Shown one piece after another: positions 35,924 through 46,998 of a DNA stretch of 64,000 nt. Positions within the stretch are counted from its first letter, which is position 1. Every line of letters begins with the position of its first letter. The notes beneath the pieces were generated by a model. The model did no database searches. It was not told where the DNA came from and saw nothing but the letters and a program-made list of their open reading frames with translations. Origin of the DNA: Pseudomonadota bacterium (lineage in GTDB: Bacteria; Pseudomonadota; Gammaproteobacteria; Acidiferrobacterales; Acidiferrobacteraceae); assembly GCA_021816625.1 (NCBI GenBank), contig JAKAXM010000005.1, positions 534 through 64,533 of the forward strand, read 5' to 3'. The translations under genes and the position numbers were made by a program.

Positions 35924-38563
35924 CTAGGACGCCGCGCCATCGAGCCGCGCGCGGATCACCTCGGCCAGTTCATTCAGGCGTTGGGAGGAGCCTTCGCCGA
36001 AGGGTGCGCCGTTTTCATCGGTCAGAAAAAACACGTCTTCGGCGCGTTCACCAAAGGTCCCGACCTTGGCCGTAACGATGCGCGTGCGGCAGGTATAGAG
36101 GGCTACGGCGATTTGATGCAAGAGGCCCGGCCGGTCCTGGGCCACGACCTCCATGACCGTGAGCTGGCCATTGGCCGTAGACGAAAAGTGGATCTGGGTG
36201 TTGATGGGGAAGTTTTTCAGTGCCCGTGGTAGGGGCCGGGGACGGCTCTCCCGGAAGCCCGCTGCGAGGTCGGCCCGCAATTCATCCTGTAAGGCGGTAA
36301 GTTCGCGGGGCGTGGGCGGTGTGCCGCTTGCCGTGAGCGCCACGAAGCAATCCAGGGCATAGCCAGAGGCCATGTGGATGCGGGCGTCTACGATCGACAG
36401 GTTTAGGCGATCGAGGCTACCGGTGAGGACCGCGAACAGCTCGTCGCTCAGGGGACTAAAGACCATGAACTCCACGGTGCTTTGTTCGGGAAGGATGCGC
36501 GCGGCAATGACCGGCAAGGGGGACTGTCCGCCGCGGGCGATCGCGCAGGCGTGCCAAGCGAGGGCCTCGGCATCGTGGCGCAAGAAGTAGTCCTTGTCCA
36601 TGCGTGCCCAGTGCTGTTCTATGGCGGCGCGTGGGGCGCAGTCGGCGGTGAGGGCCAAGGCCTCGCGTTTCGCATCGGCGATATGCGCGGCCAAGTCTAG
36701 GGGTTCGCCGATGCCGCGGCGCAGAACCCGGGTCGTATCCCAGTAGAGCTTCATCAAAAGCTGGGCCTTCCAGGCATTCCAGACCACCGGGCTTGTGCCG
36801 CGGATATCGGCGGCGGTCAGCAGATAGAGGTTGTCTAGGTGTTCGCGATCACCGACCAGGCGCGCAAAATCGGCGACCACGTCGGGATCGGAGATGTCGG
36901 TGTGCTGCGCAGTCCAGGACATGATGAGGTGGTTGCGCACGAGCCAGGCCACGAATTCGCTATCGTAATCCCCAAGTCCCAAGCGTCGACAAAAGGCGCG
37001 CGCCTCGGATTCGCCGAGCCGTGAATGATCGCCCCCGCGCCCCTTGGCGATATCGTGAAAGAGGGCTGCGAGATACAGCCGTTCGCGCTTGACGAGTCCG
37101 CGCCCCACCTCGCTTGCAAGCGGGAGTTCGGCTTGATACTCGCTTTGTAGGGCGCGCCGGACGTTGCGCAAGACAAACAGGCTGTGTTCGTCGACGGTGT
37201 AGACGTGAAACAGGTCGTGCTGCATCTGCCCTACGATCTTTCCAAACGCCGGGATGTAGGCCCCCAGCACGCCATAGGCGTTCATACGCCGCAACGCCCG
37301 TGTGACGCCTTGCGGGGCCCGGAGGATCGCCAGAAATACGGACTGCGCCGCCGGTAGGCGCCGGAAGGCGCTGTCGATCAAAGGCAAATGGGCGCGCAGG
37401 AGACGAACCGTGGAGGCACGTACGCCGCGCAGCTCCGGGTGATCCTGAAGGACGCGAAACAGCGTCAGGAGGGCAACGGGATCGGTATCGAAAACATGGG
37501 CGTCGACAGTCTCCAGGAAGCCATTGCGGGCGCGAAACTGGGGCGTCAGCGTGACGATCGTGGGGCGTTTCGGGCTGTGCAGGGCCTCGGCCCAATGCTG
37601 GAGCAGGATTTCATTGAGGAGCTGCACCTGCTTTACGGTGCGGTAATAGCGCTTCATAAATTGCTCGACGGCCAGCCGCCCCGGGCGGTCGGTGTAACCC
37701 ATCTGGTGCGCGAGCGTGCGCTGATGATCGAATAGCAGGCGGTCTTCGCGGCGGCGTGCGAGCATATGCAGGCCATTGCGCACCTGCCAGAGGAAGTTGC
37801 GCGCGTCGATCAGCGCATGGTATTCGCGTTCGTTTAGAAAACCGATCTTGACGAGATCGCGCAGATCGTTCGAGCCCGTGTGGCGCTTGGCGATCCAGCC
37901 CATCATGTGGATATCGCGCAGACCGCCTGGGCCCTCCTTGACGTTGGGTTCGAGGTTATAACCGGTATCGTCGTACCGCGCGTAACGGACGCGCTGTTCC
38001 GCGAGCTTGGCCTCATAGAAGCGGCTGCTCGGCCACAGGGTGGGAGACGTGAGCTCATGGGCGAGGTGGGCGAGCAAGACCTCGTCGCCCACGACCAGAC
38101 GGGCCTCCATCAGGTTGGTCATGATGGTGACGTCGGTGCGCGCTGTGCGTAGGCAATCGCGCACCGAGCGCACGCTATGCCCGACAGTGAGGCCAATATC
38201 CCAGAGGAAGCGGAAGAAGGTCTCGGCAAAGGCCTGTGCCTTGGCGTAGCGGGCCTGATCGAGCAGCAAGAGCAGGTCGATGTCGGAGGCGGGATGGAGC
38301 TCCCCGCGGCCATAGCCGCCGACGGCCACCAGGGCCACCGAGACCCCGGCCGGAAGGGCGGCCTCATGCTCGGCATAGGCACGCGAGAGGATGTCGTCGA
38401 TCAGGTTCGTGCGCAAGGTCAACACCTGCACACCGCGGCCATGGCGGCGACGGGGAAGCTCGGCATTGTGGGCTGCGAGCAGCTCCTGATTACCGGTCCG
38501 CAGGGCCGCCCGGAAGCGCTCGATACGATCGTCTACGAGCCTTGCCGGGGCTTGGGGGGTCAT
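35924..38563 (-). CDS. glnD: [Protein-PII] uridylyltransferase/uridylyl-removing enzyme
   Basis: GGYGRGELHPASDIDLLLL nucleotidyltransferase motif, an HD domain (LFHDIAKG) and two C-terminal ACT domains. 879 aa. Confidence 0.95.
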   Translation of the reverse strand: MTPQAPARLVDDRIERFRAALRTGNQELLAAHNAELPRRRHGRGVQVLTLRTNLIDDILSRAYAEHEAALPAGVSVALVAVGGYGRGELHPASDIDLLLLLDQARYAKAQAFAETFFRFLWDIGLTVGHSVRSVRDCLRTARTDVTIMTNLMEARLVVGDEVLLAHLAHELTSPTLWPSSRFYEAKLAEQRVRYARYDDTGYNLEPNVKEGPGGLRDIHMMGWIAKRHTGSNDLRDLVKIGFLNEREYHALIDARNFLWQVRNGLHMLARRREDRLLFDHQRTLAHQMGYTDRPGRLAVEQFMKRYYRTVKQVQLLNEILLQHWAEALHSPKRPTIVTLTPQFRARNGFLETVDAHVFDTDPVALLTLFRVLQDHPELRGVRASTVRLLRAHLPLIDSAFRRLPAAQSVFLAILRAPQGVTRALRRMNAYGVLGAYIPAFGKIVGQMQHDLFHVYTVDEHSLFVLRNVRRALQSEYQAELPLASEVGRGLVKRERLYLAALFHDIAKGRGGDHSRLGESEARAFCRRLGLGDYDSEFVAWLVRNHLIMSWTAQHTDISDPDVVADFARLVGDREHLDNLYLLTAADIRGTSPVVWNAWKAQLLMKLYWDTTRVLRRGIGEPLDLAAHIADAKREALALTADCAPRAAIEQHWARMDKDYFLRHDAEALAWHACAIARGGQSPLPVIAARILPEQSTVEFMVFSPLSDELFAVLTGSLDRLNLSIVDARIHMASGYALDCFVALTASGTPPTPRELTALQDELRADLAAGFRESRPRPLPRALKNFPINTQIHFSSTANGQLTVMEVVAQDRPGLLHQIAVALYTCRTRIVTAKVGTFGERAEDVFFLTDENGAPFGEGSSQRLNELAEVIRARLDGAAS

Positions 38564-38572
38564 GGCGAACCT

Positions 38573-39340
38573 CTAGATGCGTTCATCGGAACGCAGGGTC
38601 AGGACCTCATAGCCCGTGGGGGTCACGAGGATGGTGTGTTCCCACTGGGCCGATAGGCCATGATCCCGGGTGACGACCGTCCAATTATCGGGCAGGAGCT
38701 TAACGCCGGCGGCGTGCTGGTTGATCATGGGTTCTATGGTGAAGGTCATGCCGGGCTCCAGCACCACCCCGCTGCCGGGCTTGCCGTAATGCAGGACCTG
38801 CGGGTCCTCATGGAAACCCCGGCCGATACCATGTCCGCAGTACTCGCGTACGACCGAATAGTGCTGGCTTTCGGCATAGACTTGAATGGCGTGTCCGATG
38901 TCTCCGAGACGGGCCCCAGGCCGCACCAGACGTATGCCGCGCAGCAGACACTCGTAGGTGACCTCGGTGAGGCGTTTCGCCGCTACCGAGGGCTCTCCCA
39001 CATAGAACATGCGGCTCGTATCCCCGTGATACTCGTCTTTGATCACTGTGACATCGATATTGATGATATCGCCGCGCTTGAGTTTGCGATCGCCGGGGAT
39101 GCCGTGACAGACCTGGTGGTTTACCGAGGTGCAGATCGACCGCGGGAAGCCCCGGTAGTTGAGGGGGGCTGGGATCGCCTTCTGGGTGTTCACGATGTAG
39201 TCGTGGCAGATCCTATCCAGCTCGCCCGTGGTGATGCCTGGGACCACGTGGGGTCCGATCATCTCCAGGACATCGGCCGCCAGGCGTCCGGCCACGCGCA
39301 TTTTTTGAATCTCGCTCTCGGTCTTGATCGTAATGGGCAT
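38573..39340 (-). CDS. map: Type I methionyl aminopeptidase
   Basis: VCHGIP, DIINIDVTV, GHGIG, FTIEP and EHT metal-ligand motifs. Confidence 0.95.
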   Translation of the reverse strand: MPITIKTESEIQKMRVAGRLAADVLEMIGPHVVPGITTGELDRICHDYIVNTQKAIPAPLNYRGFPRSICTSVNHQVCHGIPGDRKLKRGDIINIDVTVIKDEYHGDTSRMFYVGEPSVAAKRLTEVTYECLLRGIRLVRPGARLGDIGHAIQVYAESQHYSVVREYCGHGIGRGFHEDPQVLHYGKPGSGVVLEPGMTFTIEPMINQHAAGVKLLPDNWTVVTRDHGLSAQWEHTILVTPTGYEVLTLRSDERI

Positions 39341-39653
39341 AGGGTTTTTGGCGGTCGCGCGTCCTGACGATTTTCTGAAGGTCTATTGTGGGTGGTCTTG
39401 GGGCGCGGTTCAACCCAATATCGGGGGGCCGTGGACACGGGCGAGGTCCGCAGACCCCGCCGCCCGCGTGGCGCACCCTGTTACCTAGGGCCGGCCCGTG
39501 GTAGCATGCGCGCACGCGGGGATCCCCCCGCTCCCTTAGAGTTTTGAGGGATCATCGCACGCAGGCCGTCACGGCATTCGGGTGCCCCCAGTCGTCTGGC
39601 CGGGGGTCGATGTCCGGGGCTTGCGGTGGACTAACCCAATACGGAGAGTGGTC

Positions 39654-40562
39654 ATGGCTAATATTACAATGCGTGAGATGCTGGAGGCCGGCGTTCATTT
39701 CGGTCACCAGACCCGGTTCTGGCACCCCAAGATGCGCCCCTATATCTTTGGCGAGCGCAACAATATCCACATCATCAACCTCGAGAAGTCGCTGCCCATG
39801 CTAAACGAGGCAGTGGCCTTCGTCCGCAAATTGGCGTCGAACAAGGGGACTGTGCTGTTCGTGGGCACCAAGCGGCAGGCTGCGGAGATCGTGCGGGCCG
39901 AGGCCGTGCGCGCCGGCTGCCCCTACGTCGACCACCGCTGGCTGGGCGGCATGTTGACGAATTACAAGACCGTGCGCCGTTCGATCGAGCGCTTAAAGCG
40001 GCTCGAGGCCTTGCTCGCCGAGGGCGGCGGGTCCGAAAAGCTCTCGAAGAAGGAGACCCTGACCTTAGAACGCGAGCGCGCCAAGCTGGATCGCAGCCTA
40101 AGCGGGATCAAGGACATGCCGAGCCTCCCCGACGCCTTGTTCGTGATTGATGTGGGTCATGAATACATCGCGGTGAGCGAGGCCAATAAATTGAAGATCC
40201 CGGTAGTCGCCGTGGTCGATTCGAACTGCAAGACGGAAGGGGTCGATTTCGTGATCCCGGGTAACGACGACGCGAGCCGTGCCATCACCCTCTACGCGCG
40301 GGCCATGGCCGATGCGGTGCTGGAGGGACGGGCCTCCGTCGCGAGCGCCCCGGCGGCGAGCGACGAGGAATTCATTGAGGTCAAGGAGGAGCCGGGTGCC
40401 CATGCCGCGGTGCGCAAGAAGGCAGGGGGCGCCTATGAAGGCCTCGTGGCCGAAGGTGAGGGCGACGGCGAGATCGCGCCTGCCGACACTCGTCAGGCCC
40501 GTCCCAAGTCCCGGGAAGGGGTGGGGGCGAAACCGGCCCGGGGCGGCCGTGGCCGGACCTGA
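39654..40562 (+). CDS. rpsB: 30S ribosomal protein S2 with a C-terminal extension
   Basis: [22 protein letters not shown]. 302 aa, because a charged tail of about 60 aa follows the conserved body. Confidence 0.95.
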   Translation: MANITMREMLEAGVHFGHQTRFWHPKMRPYIFGERNNIHIINLEKSLPMLNEAVAFVRKLASNKGTVLFVGTKRQAAEIVRAEAVRAGCPYVDHRWLGGMLTNYKTVRRSIERLKRLEALLAEGGGSEKLSKKETLTLERERAKLDRSLSGIKDMPSLPDALFVIDVGHEYIAVSEANKLKIPVVAVVDSNCKTEGVDFVIPGNDDASRAITLYARAMADAVLEGRASVASAPAASDEEFIEVKEEPGAHAAVRKKAGGAYEGLVAEGEGDGEIAPADTRQARPKSREGVGAKPARGGRGRT

Positions 40563-40636
40563 TCTCAAAAACGACGATAACTGAGATACGCGAAGGGGGG
40601 CGAGCCCCCCTTTTGCATGAGTACTGAGGACGAAAC

Positions 40637-41518
40637 ATGGCGATTACAGCGACACAGGTAAAGGAGCTGCGGGAGCGCACCGGGCTTGGCATGATGGAGT
40701 GTAAGGCAGCCCTTACGGAGACCGCGGGTGACATCGAGGCTGCCATCGATCTTTTGCGCAAGAAGGCGGGTGCCAAGGTCGATAAAAAGGCCCACCGTGT
40801 GGCCGCCGATGGGGCGATCGGGGCCTATGTGGATGCCGGTGGCCAGACGGGCGCCTTGGTGGAGGTAAATAGCGAGACGGATTTTGTGGCCAAGGACGAG
40901 CGCTTCACGGGTTTTGCGCAGGCGCTCGCGGAACTGGTCGCCACCCATAACCCCCGAGACGTCGAGACCCTGCTGGCCATGGCCTACCCCGCGGGCGGCA
41001 CCGTGGCCGACGCCCGTGCGGCACTCGTGTCCCAATTTGGCGAGAATATGACCGTGCGGCGTTTTGTGCGACTCACGGCCGATGGCGGCCGCCTCGGGCA
41101 CTACGTTCATGGGCGGCGCATCGGGGTCCTGGTGGCGCTTAGCGGCGGCAACGATGCCCTAGCCCGGGATCTGGCCATGCATATCGCCGCGAACAAACCC
41201 GCCTATGTGCGGCCAAGCGATGTCCCCGAAGAGGTCGTGACGCGCGAAAAGGCCATTTATATGGCGCAGGCCGAGGGTTCGGGCAAACCGCCCGAGATCG
41301 TCGAAAAGATGATTATGGGCAAGGTTCGGAAATACCTGGACGACATCAGCCTTACGGGCCAACCGTTCGTGAAGGATCCTGATACCACGGTCGCCGAGCA
41401 GTTGCGCCGCGCTCAGGGCGACGTGAAGCAGTTTTTCCGCCTCGAGGTCGGGGAAGGGATCGAGCGCGAGGTCAGCAACTTCGCCGAGGAAGTGATGTCT
41501 CAGGTTAAAGGAAGCTGA
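40637..41518 (+). CDS. tsf: Elongation factor Ts
   Basis: ITATQVKELRERTGLGMMECKAALTE is the canonical N-terminus. Confidence 0.95.
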   Translation: MAITATQVKELRERTGLGMMECKAALTETAGDIEAAIDLLRKKAGAKVDKKAHRVAADGAIGAYVDAGGQTGALVEVNSETDFVAKDERFTGFAQALAELVATHNPRDVETLLAMAYPAGGTVADARAALVSQFGENMTVRRFVRLTADGGRLGHYVHGRRIGVLVALSGGNDALARDLAMHIAANKPAYVRPSDVPEEVVTREKAIYMAQAEGSGKPPEIVEKMIMGKVRKYLDDISLTGQPFVKDPDTTVAEQLRRAQGDVKQFFRLEVGEGIEREVSNFAEEVMSQVKGS

Positions 41519-41521
41519 ACC

Positions 41522-42244
41522 ATGGCCCGCTACCGACGCGTGCTACTGAAATTGAGCGGTGAGGCGCTCATGGGGTCTGCGGGTTACGGTATCGACCCGC
41601 CGGTCCTGCAGGCCATGGCGGCGGCCATAGCCGAGGCCGCCGGTGGCACGGGGCTTGGCATCGTCGTGGGGGGCGGCAACATCTTCCGGGGCGTATCGAG
41701 TTCGGCGCAGGGTATGGATCGGGCACAGGCCGACCTCATGGGGATGCTGGCCACGGTGATGAATGCCTTGGCCCTGGCCGAGGCCTTGCGGATCGAGGGT
41801 TTGACCGCCCACGTGCAATCGGCCTTGGCCGTGGGGACCGCCGTGCCGCCGTTCGATCGGCAAGGGGCGTTACGATGCTTGGATCGGGGCGAGGTGGTGA
41901 TCTTTGCCGCTGGTACCGGCAATCCGTTTTTTACGACCGATACGGCCGCGAGCCTGCGGGCGCTTGAGATGCAGGCCGAGATCATGCTGAAGGCGACCAA
42001 GGTCGACGGCGTCTATTCAGCGGACCCCAAGCAGGACCCGCAGGCCGTACGCTACAAGCGGTTGAGCTATGATGACGTCTTGCAGCGTAGACTGGGCGTG
42101 ATGGACGCCACCGCGATCGCTTTGTTGCGGGAGTTTCGTGTCCCTCTGCGGGTTTTTGACATGACCTCTCCCGGGGCCCTGGCGCGTATCCTGGCGGGGG
42201 TCGACGAAGGCACCTTAGTGGAAGAAGGAGCGCAGTGTGAGTGA
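41522..42244 (+). CDS. pyrH: UMP kinase
   Basis: [23 protein letters not shown] and [10 protein letters not shown]. Confidence 0.95.
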   Translation: MARYRRVLLKLSGEALMGSAGYGIDPPVLQAMAAAIAEAAGGTGLGIVVGGGNIFRGVSSSAQGMDRAQADLMGMLATVMNALALAEALRIEGLTAHVQSALAVGTAVPPFDRQGALRCLDRGEVVIFAAGTGNPFFTTDTAASLRALEMQAEIMLKATKVDGVYSADPKQDPQAVRYKRLSYDDVLQRRLGVMDATAIALLREFRVPLRVFDMTSPGALARILAGVDEGTLVEEGAQCE

Positions 42245-42794
42245 GGACCTGAAAAAAGACGTTCAGGCGCGCATGGTCAAATCGCTCGAGGCCCTAAAGA
42301 ACGAGCTCGGCCGTATCCGGACGGGGCGCGCGAATACTGCGTTGCTTGATCATATCCATGTCGACTATTACGGCACCAAGACCGCGCTTTCCAAGGTCGC
42401 CAACATAACGGTGGCCGACGCCCGCAACCTCGTGATCAATCCCTGGGAAAAGGGCATGGTCGGCCCGATCGAGCGCGCGATCCTCGAGTCCGGGCTTGGA
42501 TTCAATCCGGTCACGACAGGCACGACGATCCGCATTCCGATGCCGGCCCTGACCGAAGAGCGGCGGCGCGAGCTCGGTAAGGTCGCGCGCAGCGAGGGGG
42601 AAAATGCGAAGATCGCCGTGCGCAACATTCGGCGCGACACGAATAACCACTTAAAAGAGCAAGTGAAGAAGAAACTCCTGTCGGAAGACGAGGAGAAGCG
42701 CCTGATGGAAGCGGTGCAGAAGACCACTGATCAGTTCATCGCGGAAATCGACAAGCTGGTCGGCGCCAAGGAACGCGATATCCTTGAGATCTAA
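42237..42794 (+). CDS. frr: Ribosome recycling factor
   Basis: 185 aa with [10 protein letters not shown] and [14 protein letters not shown]. Confidence 0.95.
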   Translation: MSEDLKKDVQARMVKSLEALKNELGRIRTGRANTALLDHIHVDYYGTKTALSKVANITVADARNLVINPWEKGMVGPIERAILESGLGFNPVTTGTTIRIPMPALTEERRRELGKVARSEGENAKIAVRNIRRDTNNHLKEQVKKKLLSEDEEKRLMEAVQKTTDQFIAEIDKLVGAKERDILEI

Positions 42795-42827
42795 CCGCAG
42801 ACGAGGAAGAGCGCCTATACTGGCGCC

Positions 42828-43589
42828 ATGAAGACGATGGATCAGAGTGCTATGACAGGCGCGACCCTTCCTCAACATGTCGCGGTCATCATGGACGGTA
42901 ACGGCCGCTGGGCCAAGGCGCGCGGCCAGGCCCGTATCCAAGGCCATCGCAAGGGAGTGGAGAGGGTGCGCGATTTGGTCGCCGCCTGTGCGGAGACCGG
43001 CATCAAGGCCGTCACCTTATTTGCCTTCAGCAGCGAAAATTGGCGCCGGCCGCGGCTCGAAGTGCGCCTGCTGCGCCAGCTCTTCCTGTTCGCGCTCGAG
43101 CGCGAGATCCCAAAGCTCCACGAAAACGACATCCGGTTTTCAGCGATCGGCGATATCGCCGCCTTCGGAGCGGAGATCGTGCGGCGCGTACGCGAAGCCG
43201 AAGAGTTGACCCGCCATAACCAGCGGCTGCATATGACGATAGCCGCGAACTACGGCGGGCGATGGGATGTGGCACAGGCCTGCCGATGTCTGGCCGAGGA
43301 GGTCAAGGCTGGGCGTCTGGCGCCGGCGGATATCAGCGCCGAGAGCCTGGAGCCTTATCTCAGCATGGCGGGCGTCCCGGAGCCTGATCTTTTCATCCGC
43401 ACCGGGGGCGAACAGCGCATCAGCAATTTTCTGTTGTGGCAGCTTGCCTATACCGAACTCTATTTTACGCCCGTGCTGTGGCCCGATTTCGATCGTGTCC
43501 AATTCGATCTCGCGCTGGCCTCATTCGCCGGCCGTCAGCGTCGCTTTGGCCGAACGGGAGACCAGGTCGAGGCCGCGTGGCGTGCTTAA
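42828..43589 (+). CDS. uppS: Undecaprenyl diphosphate synthase
   Basis: HVAVIMDGNGRWA, TLFAFSSENWRRP and RTGGEQRISNFLLWQ. Confidence 0.95.
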   Translation: MKTMDQSAMTGATLPQHVAVIMDGNGRWAKARGQARIQGHRKGVERVRDLVAACAETGIKAVTLFAFSSENWRRPRLEVRLLRQLFLFALEREIPKLHENDIRFSAIGDIAAFGAEIVRRVREAEELTRHNQRLHMTIAANYGGRWDVAQACRCLAEEVKAGRLAPADISAESLEPYLSMAGVPEPDLFIRTGGEQRISNFLLWQLAYTELYFTPVLWPDFDRVQFDLALASFAGRQRRFGRTGDQVEAAWRA

Positions 43590-44388
43590 AGAACGCCTGC
43601 TGACAGGTCTGTTCGCCGGCACGGTGGTCTTGGCCGGCCTGTTGTTCCTGAATACCATGGGGACGGCCCTGATGCTGGGGGCCGTGACCCTCGTGGGCGC
43701 CTTCGAGTGGGGTCTGCTGATGGGGGCGGACCGGAAGCGGGCGCTGGCCTTTGCGGCGCTTGTGGCGTTGGCGGAGGCCGCGAGCCTTTTCGTGCCGGCG
43801 CGCGTCGTGGGGGCGCTTGCGCTCGTCTGGTGGGTCTGGGCAGCCATCGAGGTCTTCGTGTTTCGCGACCGACCCACGTTCGTCTGGCGGCACCGGACGA
43901 TGCTGGGTTTGGCAGGCCTCCTGATCCTGGTCCCTACCTGGCGGGGCTGTGTTGCCTTGAAGCTCGCCAACCCCACGCACCCGGCCCTTTTGATCGGGGT
44001 ACTCGTGCTCGTATGGACCGCCGACTCGGCGGCGTATTTTGGCGGCCGGGCCCTAGGGAGGCGTAAGTTGGCCCCGCTCGTAAGCCCCGGCAAGAGCGTC
44101 GAGGGTGCTGCGGTCGGCATGATGGCGTGCAGCCTGGCGAGTGTCCTCGGTTCGATCTGGCTTGGCTATCCGGTGGCCACGATCGCGGGTGCGGCCCTGC
44201 TGGGGGTTGCGGTGGCCGCCATCTCGGTGGTCGGTGACCTCCTGGAGAGCAAGGCCAAACGGCTCGCGGGCGTGAAGGATTCGGGACATTGGTTGCCGGG
44301 CCACGGGGGGATATTGGACCGGATCGATGCGGTTACCGCGGCCGTGCCGCTCTTTGTTTTGAGTGTGCGCTACCTGGGGGTGCGATGA
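43582..44388 (+). CDS. cdsA: Phosphatidate cytidylyltransferase
   Basis: Polytopic, with SPGKSVEGA and [12 protein letters not shown] signatures. GTG 43582 was chosen because the upstream part of ORF 43267 overlaps uppS. Confidence 0.85.
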   Translation: MLKERLLTGLFAGTVVLAGLLFLNTMGTALMLGAVTLVGAFEWGLLMGADRKRALAFAALVALAEAASLFVPARVVGALALVWWVWAAIEVFVFRDRPTFVWRHRTMLGLAGLLILVPTWRGCVALKLANPTHPALLIGVLVLVWTADSAAYFGGRALGRRKLAPLVSPGKSVEGAAVGMMACSLASVLGSIWLGYPVATIAGAALLGVAVAAISVVGDLLESKAKRLAGVKDSGHWLPGHGGILDRIDAVTAAVPLFVLSVRYLGVR

Positions 44389-45614
44389 GTCAGCATGAAC
44401 GGTCCGCGGCCAAGTCCGGTCCGGACGGCGTGGCGGTATTGGGGGCCACAGGGTCGATCGGGGTGAGCACCCTGCGAGTCATGGCCTTGCATCCAAAACG
44501 GTTTCAGGCGGTGGCCTTGAGCGCCTTCCAGCGGGTTTCGGAGCTCCGGGAGCAGTGCCTCCAGTTTCGGCCCCGCTACGCCGTCGTGCACGCGGTCGAG
44601 GGCGCCTATGCGCTGCAGCATGAGCTCGACGCGGCCGGCTGTCCTACCACGGTGCTGGCCGGACCGGAGGCCCTCGAGCAGGTCGCGGCCGACCCGGCGG
44701 TGGCAACCGTGGTGTGCGGCATCGTAGGGGCAGCGGGTCTTAAATCGGCGTGGGCCGCGGTGGCCGCCGGCAAGCGCGTGCTCTTTGCCAACAAGGAGCC
44801 GCTCGTCATGTCGGGCCATCTCTTGATGGATCTCGCCGCGCAGACCGGCGCCGAACTCTTGCCGCTCGATAGTGAACATAATGCCGTCTTTCAATGCCTG
44901 CCGCCGTCGCGGGTGGGACTCGGGCAGGCCGGGGTGCGCCGTATTTTATTGACCTGTTCCGGGGGGCCTTTTCGTAACACCCCGGCGAGCGCCTTTGCCG
45001 CCGTGACGCCCGATCAGGCCTGTGCCCACCCCCGTTGGTCCATGGGGCGCAAGATATCAGTCGATTCCGCCACGCTCATGAATAAGGGGCTCGAATTGAT
45101 CGAGGCCTGCCGGCTATTCCATGCGGCGCCCGAGCAGGTCGATGTCGTGATCCATCCGCAGAGCGTCATCCATTCCCTGGTGGAATACGTGGATGGCTCG
45201 GTCTTGGCCCAACTCGGCAATCCCGATATGCGCACGCCCATTGCCCATGCCCTGGCCTTCCCGGATCGCATCGAGGCGGGTGTGGCCCGCTTGAATCTGC
45301 CCGAGATCGGGCGCCTGGATTTCGAGCCGCCCGACGAGACACGCTTCCCCTGTCTTAGGCTCGCGCGGCAGGCGGCGATCACAGGGGCCAGCGCGCCGGC
45401 CGTACTCAATGCCGCCAATGAGGTGGCCGTCGAGGCCTTTCTCGCGGGGCGGTTGTCGTTTGCAGCCATCCCCGAGGTCATAGAATCGGTATTGGCGGCC
45501 CGTCCGGTCGTGCCCGTGGAGACGCTGGAGGCGGTTATCGCCGAAGACGAGGGGGCGCGTCGGGACGCGCAGCAGGCGGTGGCCGCGCGCGGCCGCAAGG
45601 GGGCTTTCGCATGA
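44385..45614 (+). CDS. dxr: 1-deoxy-D-xylulose 5-phosphate reductoisomerase
   Basis: [20 protein letters not shown] and HPRWSMG. ATGA overlap with cdsA. Confidence 0.95.
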   Translation: MSQHERSAAKSGPDGVAVLGATGSIGVSTLRVMALHPKRFQAVALSAFQRVSELREQCLQFRPRYAVVHAVEGAYALQHELDAAGCPTTVLAGPEALEQVAADPAVATVVCGIVGAAGLKSAWAAVAAGKRVLFANKEPLVMSGHLLMDLAAQTGAELLPLDSEHNAVFQCLPPSRVGLGQAGVRRILLTCSGGPFRNTPASAFAAVTPDQACAHPRWSMGRKISVDSATLMNKGLELIEACRLFHAAPEQVDVVIHPQSVIHSLVEYVDGSVLAQLGNPDMRTPIAHALAFPDRIEAGVARLNLPEIGRLDFEPPDETRFPCLRLARQAAITGASAPAVLNAANEVAVEAFLAGRLSFAAIPEVIESVLAARPVVPVETLEAVIAEDEGARRDAQQAVAARGRKGAFA

Positions 45615-46978
45615 TGACGCAGATCGCCTATAGCGTGCTGGGTTTCGTGCTGGCGATCGGAATACTGATCGTCGTGCACGAGTTCGGACATTACATCGTG
45701 GCCAAGGGCCTGGGTGTCAAGGTGCTCCGTTTCTCGGTAGGGTTTGGTCCGGCGCTGTGGTCGCGCCGCGGCGGAGCCGATGGCACGGAGTATGTGTTGG
45801 CGGCCGTGCCGCTCGGCGGCTATGTCAAGATGCTCGATGAAAATGAAGGCGAGGTGGCCCCGGCGGAGTTGCATCGGGCGTTCAATCGGCAAAGTCTCAA
45901 GCGGCGGACCGCGATCGTGCTGGCGGGCCCGGGTTTTAATTTCCTGTTTGCGATCCTCGCCTATTGGGTCGTTTTCATGAGCGGCGTGCCAGGCCTAAAG
46001 CCCGTCATCGGCCGCGTGGCGGCCCATTCGCCGGCGGAAATCGCGGGGCTGCGCGCCGGCGATTTGATCCTGCGCATTAATGGCCGTCACGTCCAAAGTC
46101 TCGGCCAGGACCGCTTGTACCTGTTCCAGGAGGCCCTGGACCACGCCGCGGTGCGGATCCGCGTCCTGACACCCAAAGGCCAGAAACGGACGGTGACTTT
46201 GAATCTCGACCACGTGCGGGCCGCCACTTTGAGTAAGGGACATCTCGGAGCCGTGCTCGGGATTTATGGGTGGCAGCCTGTGCTCGTGCCGCGGATCGCC
46301 GAGGTGGAGCCCCACAGCCCGGCAGCGCGCGCGGGTCTCAAGGTGGGTGACCTCATCGTGAGTATCGACGGGCAGGCCGTGCATCGCTGGTCGCGCATAG
46401 CGGCGATCATCCGCAGCCATCCCTTGCAGCCCCTGCATGTCGGCGTGCGCCATAAAGGGCGATCTCAAGAATTGATCATCACGCCAAAAGCCGTTAAGGT
46501 GGCAGGCCAACGCATCGGCCAGATCGGGGCCGGCATCAAGGTGCCAGTACTGCCGGCGTCGTTGCGCGTGGTGGTCCGTCTCGGGCCGGTGGCAGCGCTC
46601 GGGGCGGCCCTCGACGATACCTGGCTCATGAGCCGGTTGACGGTCGAGATGTTGGGCAAGATGCTGCTTTTGCAGATATCGCCTAAGAGTATCAGCGGGC
46701 CCCTTACGATTGCGCAGTATGCCGGGTATTCGGTGCAGGTGGGGTTTGCAAGTTTCTTGATGTTCCTGGGGGTAGTCAGCATCAGTCTGGGGGTTTTGAA
46801 TCTGATGCCGGTGCCCGTGCTCGACGGGGGCCATGTGCTTTTCTACCTGCTCGAGTGGTTGAAGGGGGGACCGATCTCGGAGCAATTGATCGGGTGGGGA
46901 CAGCGGGTCGGGGTGACCCTATTAATAGGCCTCATGATGCTTGCCTTCTATAACGACATTACGCGTATTTTGGGATAA
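45611..46978 (+). CDS. rseP: Site-2 zinc metalloprotease RseP
   Basis: HEFGHY motif, two PDZ-like segments and the C-terminal [12 protein letters not shown]. Confidence 0.9.
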   Translation: MMTQIAYSVLGFVLAIGILIVVHEFGHYIVAKGLGVKVLRFSVGFGPALWSRRGGADGTEYVLAAVPLGGYVKMLDENEGEVAPAELHRAFNRQSLKRRTAIVLAGPGFNFLFAILAYWVVFMSGVPGLKPVIGRVAAHSPAEIAGLRAGDLILRINGRHVQSLGQDRLYLFQEALDHAAVRIRVLTPKGQKRTVTLNLDHVRAATLSKGHLGAVLGIYGWQPVLVPRIAEVEPHSPAARAGLKVGDLIVSIDGQAVHRWSRIAAIIRSHPLQPLHVGVRHKGRSQELIITPKAVKVAGQRIGQIGAGIKVPVLPASLRVVVRLGPVAALGAALDDTWLMSRLTVEMLGKMLLLQISPKSISGPLTIAQYAGYSVQVGFASFLMFLGVVSISLGVLNLMPVPVLDGGHVLFYLLEWLKGGPISEQLIGWGQRVGVTLLIGLMMLAFYNDITRILG

Positions 46979-46998
46979 GACAAGGCGGGCTTCACGCA

